Origin: the human T2T-CHM13v2.0 reference genome, Homo sapiens
Reading direction: 5' to 3' (one strand)
Length of the DNA: 64,000 bases
NCBI RefSeq assembly: GCF_009914755.1
Contig: NC_060928.1
Every line of letters starts with the position of its first letter. Position 1 is the stretch's first letter. Below, piece by piece: positions 1 through 12,806 of the stretch. A program made the position numbers and the translations under genes. The notes under the pieces are model-generated. The model saw only the letters and a list, made by a program, of their open reading frames with translations, searched no databases and was not told the DNA's origin.

Positions 1-764
1 GCCAGAAGCCACGCTCCTACCTTTCCCCGACCGCCTCCAAGCAAAAAGCAGAAACGGCAGGACTCAAGGTGGAGTGCGGGGCTGCAGGACCATTTGCCCA
101 GTTCTTACATTCCAGAATTGCCCCACATTTAGACTTTTGACGTTTTCTTCATAGCAGGCACAACCTCAGATATACACCCAGCATGTTTAAAAGCAATTTA
201 TGGTTCAACTTAAACCTATACCCCACACTAGACCACCCCTGCCTGCAGGGGCCTGGGAATCAATCTTTTATAAATGCTTTAATAATTTGAACGACCCAAT
301 TTATGTTGAATAACTCCTGTATGTGACTACAAAACCCCCTGTTTATTAGGTGATGTAAGCATGTATAACACAACACAATTTTTTTGCACCGTACTTTGGC
401 ATTTCTTCCTTTCTAAAACGTATCGGGAGAGCAAAAACTGGCAGAGGCCAGGGCCTCTAGACCTTTGAGAGATCCTAAGCTCAGCAACCTACAGGACCCT
501 TGCAATCCCCTGAAGGACACAGGAGTTCGAGGCAGATTGCTTTACGCCAGCCAATCCAGCATTGCCCAGAAGTTCATAATAATAATAATGGTAAAAATAA
601 CAATGAGCTCATACCAGTTGTACAGTGTTTGATGGTTTTCAAAATGTTTGCACACTTTTGTGATCTGGCCATTCCAGAAACAAAGCTGGCAGATGCCAGC
701 ACTAAAGGACAATCTACCCTGCCATACGCTTTGGACTACCATGACTTGGCTTCTAAATGAACTG

Positions 765-830
765 CGGCAATGGATAAGTTACATCACCTCGTTAAGCCTC
801 CGTTTCCCCATTTGTAAAATGGATGTCATG
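765..830 (+). mobile_element. MIR fragment
   Basis: aagttacatcacctc...gcctccgtttccccatttgtaaaatgg resembles the MIR core. Confidence 0.55.
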
Positions 831-2035
831 TGCACCAGGCTACAGGGAGCCTCTGCGAACCGGATCCGAACAGGATTTGGAAACGCATCACCTGTAACGT
901 TCCAGACAAAAGAATGGAGTTGTTTTTGTTGTTCTTCTTATTGTTCAATATTGTTTGGTTGCTCCCCCGGCCCTCCCTCGGATTAGAAGCCTCTGCTGCT
1001 GCTTCCTTCGAGGCTGCGGTCGGGCCTTCACCCATCGCGGTGGTTTCCGCAGCAGCTGTGAGCCCAGAGCGGTTGCAACCAGCGGCGCAGCTACCTGCCT
1101 TCAGCGTTTTCCGACTTACAAAGCACCACCAAGCATTTGGCATCTCTTGGAGACCCCACGCAGGTCTGTGCGGTTGCCAAGTAAGGTGGCTGGCAGGCTG
1201 AAGTGGGTGGCCTGCAAGGTTGAAGCCCTGCAGTACCAGGGCAGCTGCCTGGGCCCTTGCCTGGATCTGCCACGCTTCTGGGAAAGAGTGCTGCCCAAAC
1301 GCCCCTTGTTCCTCCGTTGGGGTCCAGGAGCTCCTTCGACAGTTCCCCGGTTTAGGAGAACTGTCTGATTCTCTCTGTTGTTCATATTCCCTCTGCAACG
1401 CAGGAGCCTTTCTGTAAAGCGAGTTAAACCTCTTGAACTTTGCGTTGAGAAAGCCATATTCCACATTTTCTTCCCAAACACGGACTGAAATGTGGGTAGA
1501 GGAGAGTGGATTGTTGGCCTGGCTGGTGCTGAGCTCCAGCGGCCGGTTAGGGAGTTAGAGCCCTAGAACCCCCGCTTGGCAGGACTTCTGAAGACCCGGG
1601 ATGAGGTTCTGCCTTTATAGGATGCTCAGTGTGCCATTGCCGGGGTCTGCTCCAGAGCGCTTCCCTGAGAGGAAACCAGGAGCCGGCATTCAGCACACTC
1701 CCCACTCCTCAAAAGCCCCCAGATGTCACCCTTCCACGGGCCCAGTTTCTCAGGGTTCTGGGCACTGACATGCCTGAGCCCCAACTCAGAGGGCAGGCAC
1801 TTGTGTTTGAGCCCGATTACAATCTTCTCGAATGATGCTTCACTGTCACCCTGTCACCTTTACCAGCGTGGGGGAGCAGTGAGGGTGCTGGGATTCGGTG
1901 CAGCCTGGAAACCATTTATTTTCTAAACCGGAACCCAGTCTCAACTCAGCCTGCTCATCTAAGATACTCTCTGGCGATCCAAGAGGCCCTCATACCCAAT
2001 CTCTTGAAATGAGATGTGGTTTGGGACTAGCCAGG

Positions 2036-2058
2036 TCTGTCTCTCTCTCTTTTCTTTT

Positions 2059-2122
<64 letters not shown>

Positions 2123-2190
2123 TTTCTTTCTTTCTCTTTCTCTCTTTCTCTCTCACACACACGCATGCGCACACACATACACACACGCAG
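2036..2190 (+). repeat. (TTTC)n/(TC)n homopyrimidine microsatellite followed by (CA)n
   Basis: Seen directly. Confidence 0.95.
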
Positions 2191-3303
2191 ACCCACCAGC
2201 TACATTTGGCAGCTGGTTGATCCCAAATTTGCTGCTAGGAGTAAGATTTGTGGGCTCGGCCTGAATCCTTGGGACCAATTTCAGTGCAAGTGACATGATG
2301 TTCCGCCCCCTTTACCAGCCATTCCCCTCGCCTTGGTTTACCCATCTGTAGAGTGGGTGGATCTAATTCGAAAATCCCCAAGGCCAAGTTCTAAGATTCG
2401 CTAAGCGCCAAAGGGACTGAGAACGATGAAGAGGCCCAAGGTTCATTGGGCCCAGGCGGCAGTTGCTACTGCTCCGGGGACCAAGCCCAGAGAAGGCCGA
2501 GAGGGCTCAGCGCAGCACAGGGATGCAGGCAGTGGGTGAACAGAGATACCCTCGAGTAGGGAGCAGGACTGTTCTTCATCTTTCCGAAAAAAAGAAAAAA
2601 GAAAGAAAAAAGAGAGAAAGGCGGAGAGAAGATAGAGGAGAAAGTAAAGAAAAGGAAGAAAGTAATACTGCAAATTTTCAACGGGAGCCGCGTCTGCGGC
2701 AGAAGACCCAGGTAAAGACATTGGTCTGGGTCGCAAAATACGGCGAGAACTCCTTGGAGGACAGGCTGGACCCAGAGGTCGCCTCCAGCTCCCAGAATCA
2801 GACCTCAGGGCATTCTCGCCAAGGCAAACCGCGGGACAGCTTGGAGGGAAACAGCCATAATCTGGATCAAACTGAATTCATTTGAGTCATTTTCCCCGGG
2901 CAGCCGGAGCCAGTCCGCGGAGCTGGCCCAGGCAGGGGGCCCGAGAGTGGGAGAGAAAGGGAAGGGGCGCCCGGGTCCGCAGGGTAGGTGGAGTCTGCGG
3001 TGGAAGATGGAGCCGCCAGGGGTGCGACCGGGACCTCTGTGGCTTTTCCTACTCTAAAGAAACTCCCGGATTCTTTCACCGCCCAATCGGCAAAGATGGA
3101 GAACAAACTACCCTCTTAAGACGCAGCAACAAGCAACTGCCTTTTCAGAAAGGGAGAAAATCCCTCCTCCTAAAAAACCCCTCAGTAAGTAGTGATCCCT
3201 GGGGAGAAGAAGGGAGGAGATTCTAGTATTATCGGAAATGTTCCAACTCTCTACAAGAAAAACACAGTCATGATTAATTGTATAATTTAAATAGAACTGT
3301 AAA

Positions 3304-3357
3304 GCATTTTATAAAGAAACGAGATGATTGCATTTATAAAGAAACGAGATGATTGCA
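3304..3357 (+). repeat. Tandem duplication of a ~25-nt unit CATTTATAAAGAAACGAGATGATTG
   Basis: Two copies differing by one T. Confidence 0.9.
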
Positions 3358-5559
3358 AGAACCATATGGAAGGTAGTTGGACTCCAGTGGGGGACCGGGT
3401 GGGAGTGTGCATATCCCGAGGGCCTTTGCTTCTCCCTTTACATTTTGCTGTTTCTGGAAGCGGGGATAATTTTGTAAAACGCTGGTCACCACGCTCCGCC
3501 CGGGCCAGATCCGAGGGCTTGAGGGACCCCAGGCCAAGGCCTTTAGGGTACCAAAGCTTGGAGGCCCGGGGGCTGGGAAAAGTCGCGGTTGCCTTGGAGA
3601 GCTAATCGACCTTTCGGCCCCAGGTGAAATTGAAAGAAGCCTTGGCCAGGGTTTTGGTGTTTCCCGACTCGGGTCCAGCGGACTGGAGGCCTCAACGCCC
3701 GCAATGTGGCATTAACTCTTCCTTGCTCGCCGGGAACTCGGCTTGAGCTGCCAGTGAAAGTGAGCATTTAGCTCCAGTGAATCCGTAGCATTCTGGGGAG
3801 TCTGGGAGCGCCAGCTGCGTATGATCATCTGTAAAATGGGGTAATAAATAACGGTGCCCTGCCCATTCTCTGCTCCCCGGGTGGGCTTCGGTGTGTACCA
3901 AATGACGCCCTTTCATTGAGTGCGGGGAAGCGCTTTGAAACCTTGTAGAGCCCCAATTGCACCCGTCCGAGGAAAACGCTCGGGTGACCCTTCTCCGAGA
4001 GACAGGTTATTCACGCCTGGTTTGCAACTAATCGCTTCAGAATTTTAGCGGGAGTTTTCACTAAACCACTCTCAAAACTAAACACTAGATAAGGTAGAGA
4101 AACACTCCTAAAATCGAAAGCAGAGAACAGGGTGGGGTGGGGTGAGGGGAGATGAAAGGGTCGGTACATTGGGATGGGGGATGGACATTGGCTGGGGGTT
4201 CAACCATGGACTCTTACTAGGCTCTGAAACCAATGCTCACAGGGAGGATGGGGAGAAATCCTAGGAATTTGTTCCCGGTTTCAGTGGGATTCATCCATTA
4301 CTCCTGCAAAGCCCCCGAAGTCATGATTTTTCTGAGCTGCCCAGGTTTATAACCTGCCTGAGGAGTGGGCGGGCAGCAGGGCTGCTCCCAGGAGAGACTA
4401 AGCATCCTTGGTCCGAGACTAAAAGGAGGTTGGAAAAAGCCCCAGCTATTTCCAGCTCGCCTTACTGGTTCCCCAAAAGTCGGGAAAAGACAGTTTCAGA
4501 GAAAACGCGGCGTCCAGGAGGGCATGTTAAACTAAAAGTTTATAAATTAAAGAAAAAATACAGCGAATAGAGCTTCCAAACTTCACAAATCTTTTTACAG
4601 TTAATACTCTAGTTGAGTGCACAGTGCCATTAAGGAGGCGAAAAGCGGCGAGGTTGACAAGACAGGTGGGATCACCTGTTTAAGGGTAAGTGAGGGGCGG
4701 ATAGGGGAGTCCCGGGCCAGAGCACTGGAGTCGCAGAGGGCAGAAGGTAGACACTGAGGGCCAGGCAGCGGCACTGCGGTGGGCGCCGTGGAAAGGCTGG
4801 CCAGGGATATTCACATTGAGTAGAAAAATAATCGTCATTTGAATACAAACAACTGAAAAGTGCGACACGTCTTAACCTCCTTTACACAAATAAAAAGAAA
4901 CCAAGGAAAGTTTCCGCAGAGGGCTGCCTGGGTGTGCGCTCTCCTCCTTCCGGGGCTCCCAGGCGCTTCCTGCTTGTGCAGGTACCTGGACTTCAGAGAA
5001 GGAAGATGTGGAGACCCCCGGCTTGCACCACACTTGGAGGCTCCCCTCCTTACATTCAGCACCCGAATCGGGCACCCCCACCCTAGCTCTGACACACAGG
5101 AGGGGTGGAGCAGAGGGCCTGAAAACCCAATCCTTCACGTTTCAAATCAACCCCTGGCCTGGTGCTGCCTGGGACTGCCAGGGTTTCGCACCCCTTGGTT
5201 ACAAATGCAATTTCCAAAAATAAAAGATATGTAGATACACATAGATTGGTAGCATGGATACCATGAACTAGTGTGGCCTAGTGCAGAAAGCTCCCAGCAG
5301 GCCTGAAATTCTGAGGATTCAGGCTATGTGGTCTCCAGGAGTTGCCGCTCAGGGAAAACCCCACCCCCAGGCAGACATATTCGAATCAAAATTTAATTCC
5401 AACATTGTCATGATAATAAATAGAGCCCAGGGGCTTCCAGGCAGGTGGGCGATCAGGGCCCCTAGGCCATAGGGTGCCTCTGTTCAAATTAGAAAAAGGC
5501 GCCCCCTCAGGGCAGACTCAGCCCAGCTGCCAGGGGACAAGTCCTGGCTAACGGGAGCT

Positions 5560-6420
<861 letters not shown>

Positions 6421-7640
6421 TCTGGGGAGGGCGGCAGACTCAGCCGCTGTGTCAACGCTGTGTTGTCGAGACCAGCTCCCCACCCTCTCTGGGCCCCAGG
6501 CTCCCCTCAGTAACTTGGGGCACTCGACCCGAGCATCCGCGAAAGCCCTCCCGGCTCTCAGCGTTGAGCATTGGGATTCTAGACTGCATTTCCGTCTCTC
6601 TGCTTGGGTTCACGCGCCTCTCCACACTTAGTTCACACGCACACACGCGCGCGTCCTCGCAGCACACACTTGTCTGGTGCAGGTAAGGGAAGGTGGAGGC
6701 GGATCCTGGGGCCAAAGGTATTTAGAATCTTTCACCCTCAGCCGCCTGGGATTGCTGTGAGAGACATGGAAACAGGCTGAGCCGAGGCCTTAGATGAGAG
6801 GATGGACTGGAGAGTAAAGAGGGAGGGTTGCCCCTGCATCGAGTTTTTGGACCCTGATCCCACACCAGCTTCTCGGTCTCGTACCCGCCCTTCCGAAGAA
6901 CTCCAGCAGAAAGGTCCAGCGGTCCCCTGTGCTTGAGGCCTACAGAAGCTTGTACCCAACTAGGGCAGGCACCCGGGTCTTCCAGACCACAGGACAGGAC
7001 AGGCCACGGCTGAGGAGGCCTCTCTCCTGCCTCCAGGATGAACTAAAGACCCAATCCGGGATCTTCGGCCTAGGGCTGCTCTCCCAGACCTGGGGTCTGA
7101 GAAAGCCAAACCAGCCCTTTCCCCAAAGCTCTAGTTCTGCAGATTCTCAGCTCTGGCCCACTCGGAGGTGTTCTTCACCACCTATCCACCTACTGTGGGG
7201 CCCGGCCCTGGGACCTTGAACTGGCAGGTCTCTGGTCCAGAGCTAGGTCACTGGCTACCTGAGGTCTCTGAACCCCTCACTTTTCCGCTTCCCTGATTTT
7301 GGGGATTTGGGGACAGACACGGCAGAAAGCACTGGCGACGAACTCAAAAACTCCCGAACGCAAGGGGCAGCGGTTCTCCCAACCCAGTCTAATGCACATT
7401 GGCCCAGGATGTCTCAGGCCTCACCCCAGGACGTAGGGCTCTGAGGAGCTACTCCGGTCTCTCGCGGGCTCAGTTCCCGAAGTGATAGAGCAGCTCGCGC
7501 CAGAGCGCAGAACTTCGGGATTTGGCCAGCCTCCGAGCCCCAGGGCGCAGGGTGCTCAAGCCGACCACCCCACTCGGCGTGGTTGCCCTCCGCGTCCATC
7601 CCCTCAGCCCGGCCCCCATCCCCGCGAAGCCGCAGCAGAC

Positions 7641-8106
7641 CTGAGACGCTGGCGGACATCTCGCTGTCGCTCCGGCCCGCGGCTTCCTCCTCTAGGTCTT
7701 TGGAAGCGGCCAGCTCACAGACCGGCTGGCCGAGGCTCAAGGATCCCCCCGCAAGGCCGGCCCCGCTGGCCCCCCGCGCGTCCGCGCAGCGCCGCCTGCT
7801 CTCGTTCTCCTCGCTGAGCGCGGAGTCCGAGTCCCAGCCTTCCGGGCTCTCCGCAGTCCTCCCCGCAGCTGTTCTGGTACCGGCAGGAGACGCCAGCAGA
7901 GAGTCCTCGGCGCCCCCCAACGCGCCCGCGTCCCTCTCCCCAAAGAGCCGCCAACAGCAGACAGCGGGAGCCGCGGCCACCGATGCCGCTGTGCCCCCGG
8001 GCGCCGGGCGCCCCTCTGGCGCGGCCAGCCCGCCGCGCTCCTCTTTCTTGTTGAGGATCGCCTGGATGGAGAAGGACGTCAAGGTGTTGGCGCCGCGCAC
8101 AGCCAT
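7641..8106 (-). CDS. NKX3-2: NKX3-2 (BAPX1) coding exon 1, with TN/eh1 motif TSFSIQAIL
   Basis: ATG at 8106 gives MAVRGANTLTSFSIQAILNKKEERGG...SEMSASVS-G. Donor TCAG|GTCTGC at 7641/7640. 466 nt (phase 1). Confidence 0.97.
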
Positions 8107-8900
8107 CTGCGCCGCGGGCAGGAGCGGCCGGCGGGGCGGGCAGCTGGGGCGCCGAGCAGCTCCGAGCGGGACAGAGAGCGCCGGCGGCCGCAGCGCGAGT
8201 GAGCTGGGTGTGCGAGGCCGCCGCCGCCCACTGCTGCGCGGCCCAGCAGCTCCCGCCCCACTCCGTCCCAGGATCAGCGCCGACCCTCGCCCCCACCTTA
8301 GAGGCCCACCCCGCCCGGAGACCCCCTCCCCCCGAATCCAGAGCCAGACGCTCTCCTTTCGCAGCTCAGCTGGATTATCTCATCGCTTCTCGCCCTTAGG
8401 GGCGGGCTGGGGTCTGCCCCCTCGGGGGACGTGAAGGAGGATTGGCGGGGGCCCCTCCGTGGCAGCAGTCCCCTCCCGAGCGCCGCCGGGGCGCACAGCC
8501 CGAGTCACTTTTTCTTTGCGCGTCTGTCCCTTCCTCGCCTGCAGGATTTCGCTCCTGGCCCGTCCTCCCCTTCCCTGCTGGGCAGGCTCTTCCGGAGCCC
8601 ACCCCCGGCGGCGGCGGCGGTAGCCGCGGCCGCGGCCGCTGGATTCCGAGAGGCGCGGGGAACTTTTTTACCCCCTGCCCTGGTTTTATCTGTTTCTTTT
8701 CTCTTTCCTTCCCTTGCGTTCCACTGTACCACCCCCCTCCCGCCCGGGTGTCATTCCTCACTGCTGAGTGACAGCCTGAGGCCACACCCCTCCACTGGGC
8801 TGTCCCGGGCGCTCCCGGCCGTCCATTGGCTGGCTCCAGTTGGGCGACGTTGACTTTAACAGACAAAACTGGGCACGTTGCGCCGCTAAAGACAGGGTCT
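8107..8900 (-). promoter_or_regulatory. NKX3-2 5' UTR and CpG-island promoter
   Basis: Very CpG-rich. GC box GGGGCGGG ~8399-8407, minus-strand CCAAT boxes at ~8441-8445 and ~8825-8829, short CGG tract ~8606-8640. Confidence 0.75.
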
Positions 8901-9769
8901 GACTTAACCCCTTCTCTCCTAAGCCTGGTCCTCGAAGCACCCTCCAGCAACAAGGAGGCTCATCCGACCCAAACCACGTTTCTTACCTCTGCAGATGTAT
9001 CCACTTATTCCAGCGCTTTAACAGAACACTGATACTAAGTTGAGTCAAATCTGCGGAGAAAATCCAAGATAATGCAGTTCCATAAATCATGCTCGTAGTT
9101 TCTGTTCTCTAGGAAGGATTATAAACACGAAGAACAAAATGCATCCTTTTTTTTCTCCCTACAGTTTCGCCGCTTCTTCATTGCTAATGCTCTTTGCTGA
9201 AATGATCAGTTAATTAAGATCACTCTAGAAATATTTTTCTTTCCTCGTCGTCTTTGATTTGATTCGATTTTTATAGAGGAATTATAAAAAAATGGTATAG
9301 TTAGAACTAAAGTCAGGAGAAGAATTGAAAGGCATCTTTGGGAGAATTTCTGTAAATTTTATGGTCGTTTCCCTGGCAGACCAATATTGAATTTAATTGG
9401 AGTTTGTTAAGTTTTGCATCAGGAAGAAAAAAAAAACTTTCAATTTGTTTTTTTTAAATATCTCTTACTTGTGAGTTGAATAAAATTATAAATAGATATG
9501 TTTGTTTGCTTAGAAGTATACCTAGGAATTACCATAAAGTGATCCAGAAGTGACAACACTTTTTGCTCTTTAAAAAATAAGAAATGCATTGTATTATGTA
9601 ATAGTAGGAACCAAGCTAAGAAACACAAATATTGTGGGTATATAAAAACATTTTAAAATGTGTTATTCCTTTTTTAATATAAAATTTGCTCAATTAACGT
9701 ACTTCACTGTTTTCCATAAACTTTACCAGAGAGTTAACACCAAATACACAAACTTGAACCATTAAATAC

Positions 9770-11500
9770 ATTTAAAGGACTATGATTTTAATTTATTAAA
9801 TTGCTAGGATTGGTAGTTTTGGTGTCATTAAAATAAATAACATCTCCCCTTGTTGCTTTCTTTTTGGTTGTTCTTTTTCTGCACCGCAGAAGGAAATACA
9901 CTGACTATTCATAGTTCTCAGTCTCAGAATGAGGTTTTGCAGCATCTATACTTTTCAGCATTTCGGTTACATGATGCTTTCTTGCTTTGTGCAAACCTTG
10001 TAGGGTACCTGGGAAAAAACATCCACTTGAGGTCATTGCCCTTTACAGCTCTTTACAATTACATCAGTTTTGAAGGAACGCCATTTAAATTTGGTGTCAG
10101 TGCTCAGCAAGTGTAAGGACGCAGAGTGGAACAGCAGAATGCTTACAGTCTTTCAAAAACAGTGTGTCCTCTCCTCCCCCGCTGTATTATTTAAATTACC
10201 GTTCTCCTCACTTCGGGCAGGGATGTTGGGAATTATGTATAGTGAGGAGATTGACACTGGTTGCCTGGAAGGTAGGGGACGGGCAGGTATGGGTTTGGTG
10301 TCCCGTACAGCGATCGCTTTGTGGGTTTAGTACTTGGTGCTGACAAATAATGGAGTGAGATCCGAACATAAAGGCAGGCAGAGATGTTTTGGGGCTGAAT
10401 CACCGAATACTAGAGTAGGTTTGGGGCTACGTAAAGACTTGCTTGAAAACAACTACCATTTAGTTGCGAATCCCTCCCCTCTTCCCTTTGATTCGATGTT
10501 TAAAAAGAATCCCAAATCACAGTTGGACATACTCCTGCCACAGCCTTGGGCAGAAGTCTTCAAAGCATGAAAAGATGTGGTTTGGCGACTTTGAGTTGTC
10601 GGGTATTTTTGTGTCCCAGGAGTGTGAGAAAGGGGCTACGTTCCGCGTCTTCCGGAGGCGCACAGCAAGGGAGTCTCCTGGTGTCATCTCGGGCCATTAC
10701 GGCGCTTAGTCGATCATTAGGTCTGTGGGTGACTGTAGGCAGAGCCGGGAGTTGGGTGCTTGGCGCGGAGGGTGAACTCGCGGGTCTTGAGCTGCAACTA
10801 GAAGCTGCTCCTAGCAAGGGGTCGGGTGGAGATGAAAAGACTGTGGGGAAGGGGAGGTGGTTGGATGCCCAGAGATATCCCGGCGTAACTACGGAGTCCA
10901 GGCCCAGAGTGGCGGTGTGTGGCGAAGGCGCAGCAGGCCTGCGCCTGTCGGAGGACGGCAGATCTGGACGCGACCGCGCGGGCGTGCCTGGGTCCCGCTT
11001 CCTGCCCATCGAGGGCGACTTCCTTCGGGCTCAGCTGTGAGCTCCAGGAACTCTGCAACCTCCCGACGGGCGCCACGCTCCGGCTTGGGCCGGCCCGGGA
11101 GTTGGCGGAGCTGCGCGGCCCGGCCGGGCGGCCGGTGAGGCTTTCGAGAGGCACCGGGCTCGCTCAGCGTCCGCGCCTCTCTACCCCGCCGCGCCCCCTC
11201 CGCGCCCACGGGCCCATTTTTTCCTAGTCTTCTGCCTCTCTTCCTTCTTCCTCCCTCCCCTCCTCCTCCACACCTTTGTCTTCTTCCTCCTCCCTCCTCC
11301 TGCTTCTCCTCCGCAGTTTGGATCCTACGGGCCCCCTACGTGCCGCGCCCTTCGGTCCCCGGAACCGCCCGGGCTGGGGGTGCTGCTGCGCGGTGAGACT
11401 TCCGCGGGCGGCGGGCGGAGAGCGGGATTTGACTGCGAAAGCCAAGGGGGCGGGGAAGGGGAAGCCCCGGCCCTCGGGGGCGCGCAGTAAACTGCTGCAC
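9770..11500 (-). ncRNA. LINC01096: Probable spliced lncRNA upstream of NKX3-2 (likely LINC01096); boundaries approximate
   Basis: Position recalled from human annotation. Sequence support on the minus strand: CpG island at the 5' end, acceptors CCTACCTTCCAG| (10264) and TTTTTTCCCAG| (10008), donors |GTAATT (10200) and |GTAAGC (10147), AATAAA at 9792-9797. Confidence 0.5.
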
Positions 11501-12010
11501 ACGTGCCCGCGCTCCCGAGGGGGGCGCCCAGTGGGCTCGGGATTTCCTGGCTGCGCCACCGCGCGCCTCGCCCCCGACGCCCGCCACCTGTGCCCTGGGC
11601 CGCCTTCCCTGACGCCAGCGGCCGGAGGTCGCGCGCGCCGGGTGCTGCCCAGCAACGAAAGGCCATGCGGGGTTCGTCCCTCAGATGCCGGTGACCTTGA
11701 TTGAAGTCACCTGCCTTCTCTAGCTTCCAGTCCTTTAAAACGAGGGTTTGGACCCGGTGCCTTCTGAACCCGGTGCTTCACTGAGTGAGCAAGTGAAGGG
11801 TGTGTGTGTGTGTTTGGGGTGGGGGCGGGGGCGAGGGGAGGGAGGGGCAGCGTTGCCGGCTCCCCAGAGCCAGGTCCAGGCAGAGGTCGCGCCCAGCACT
11901 GACCGTCGGTCCCAATCCGCAGACTCCCGAGGGCGATCCAAACCGCCTAAGCATCCCAAGCGTCCAGCACCCGCGCCTGCGTTCCTGAGTAATCCAGCGC
12001 CCTGCAGCGT
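10600..12010. promoter_or_regulatory. Upstream CpG island (probable lncRNA promoter)
   Basis: CpG-dense non-coding block 2.5-4 kb upstream of the NKX3-2 ATG, with GC boxes. Confidence 0.8.
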
Positions 12011-12129
12011 TTTTCATGCACACGATCAAAATATATCAGACTGCAGAGAGAGGCTGTATTGTAACTGGCCAGCTTATAATACTATAAATAATAATATAAA
12101 AGGTAGTTTTATATTTTAACAAATATTGC

Positions 12130-12305
12130 TCACTGACAGTGTGCCAGGAACCAAAGCCTATTGTTTCATTGAATGTACACACCCCTGGGATTGGAATGAG
12201 TAGAAAACATTGTTATGCCCGTTTTACAGATGAAGAAACTGAGACTCCTGACTATCAGTAAGTGGCTGTCAGGATTTAAATCAGGCTTTGTCTGATGTCA
12301 AATCC
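12130..12305 (-). mobile_element. MIR
   Basis: cccgttttacagatgaagaaactgaga is the reverse MIR core. Confidence 0.65.
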
Positions 12306-12792
12306 AGTTGGATTTTCTACTCTAATCGGCTTTTCTCATTAACCTTATTAATTGTTTCCCATCATAGACCTTACCCATTTTTAATTGCTTATTCATTGGA
12401 AAAGGAGCTTCGTTCGGATTTAAGGTAATCAAAGAAAAAATTTAGTCAGACAAATCTAATGACTTTTTTTCTGTTCCACGCATTTGAAAACAAATCACAC
12501 CAAGGCCTGCGGATCTGAACGTAAACCTCGTTGTGTAGAAAGAAGGAAACACACCATTTTATTATAATCAACAAACTAAACCGTGTGTAGAGGGAGACAG
12601 CCAGGTGATGGAAACTCATTAGGTTCAGAAACCAGATTGTGCGCGCGGTTCTGAGACGTAGCCAAGCGACCTCACGCAAGACCCTCTTTGGGGCTTAGTT
12701 TTCTTACCTAAAAAGCCAGGGTTGGAGATCACCCCTCAGGGTGTTAAAAAGACGTGCCAGCCTCGAACCCTCCTGGGTATGGTGGAGGACGA

Positions 12793-12806
12793 GCGCCACC
12801 TAGCGG
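12793..12806 (-). promoter_or_regulatory. CTCF core motif
   Basis: Minus strand reads CCGCTAGGTGGCGC, a close match to the CTCF consensus CC(A/G)(C/G)(C/T)AG(G/A)(G/T)GGC(G/A)C. Confidence 0.65.

Larger units (their letters stand above)
7400..8900. promoter_or_regulatory. CpG island over NKX3-2 exon 1/promoter
   Basis: Dense CpG, with many CGCG and GCGGCCGC sites. Confidence 0.85.

Noticed and set aside
826-1464. 212-aa minus-strand ATG ORF
   Set aside because: No recognisable family, overlapping ORFs in several frames, and it ends in MIR-adjacent sequence. PhyloCSF or Ribo-seq would be needed to revive it.
7414-7640. Extension of the NKX3-2 exon-1 ORF to 230 aa
   Set aside because: Read-through past a clear donor at 7641; the spliced form gives the 333-aa protein.
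7583-8434. 283-aa plus-strand ORF and other overlapping ORFs across exon 1/promoter
   Set aside because: CpG-island stop-codon depletion, Ala/Pro/Arg/Gly low complexity, and often non-ATG starts.
10546-11704. Many 100-160 aa ORFs in the upstream CpG island
   Set aside because: All six frames are similarly open, which points to composition; no homology recognised.
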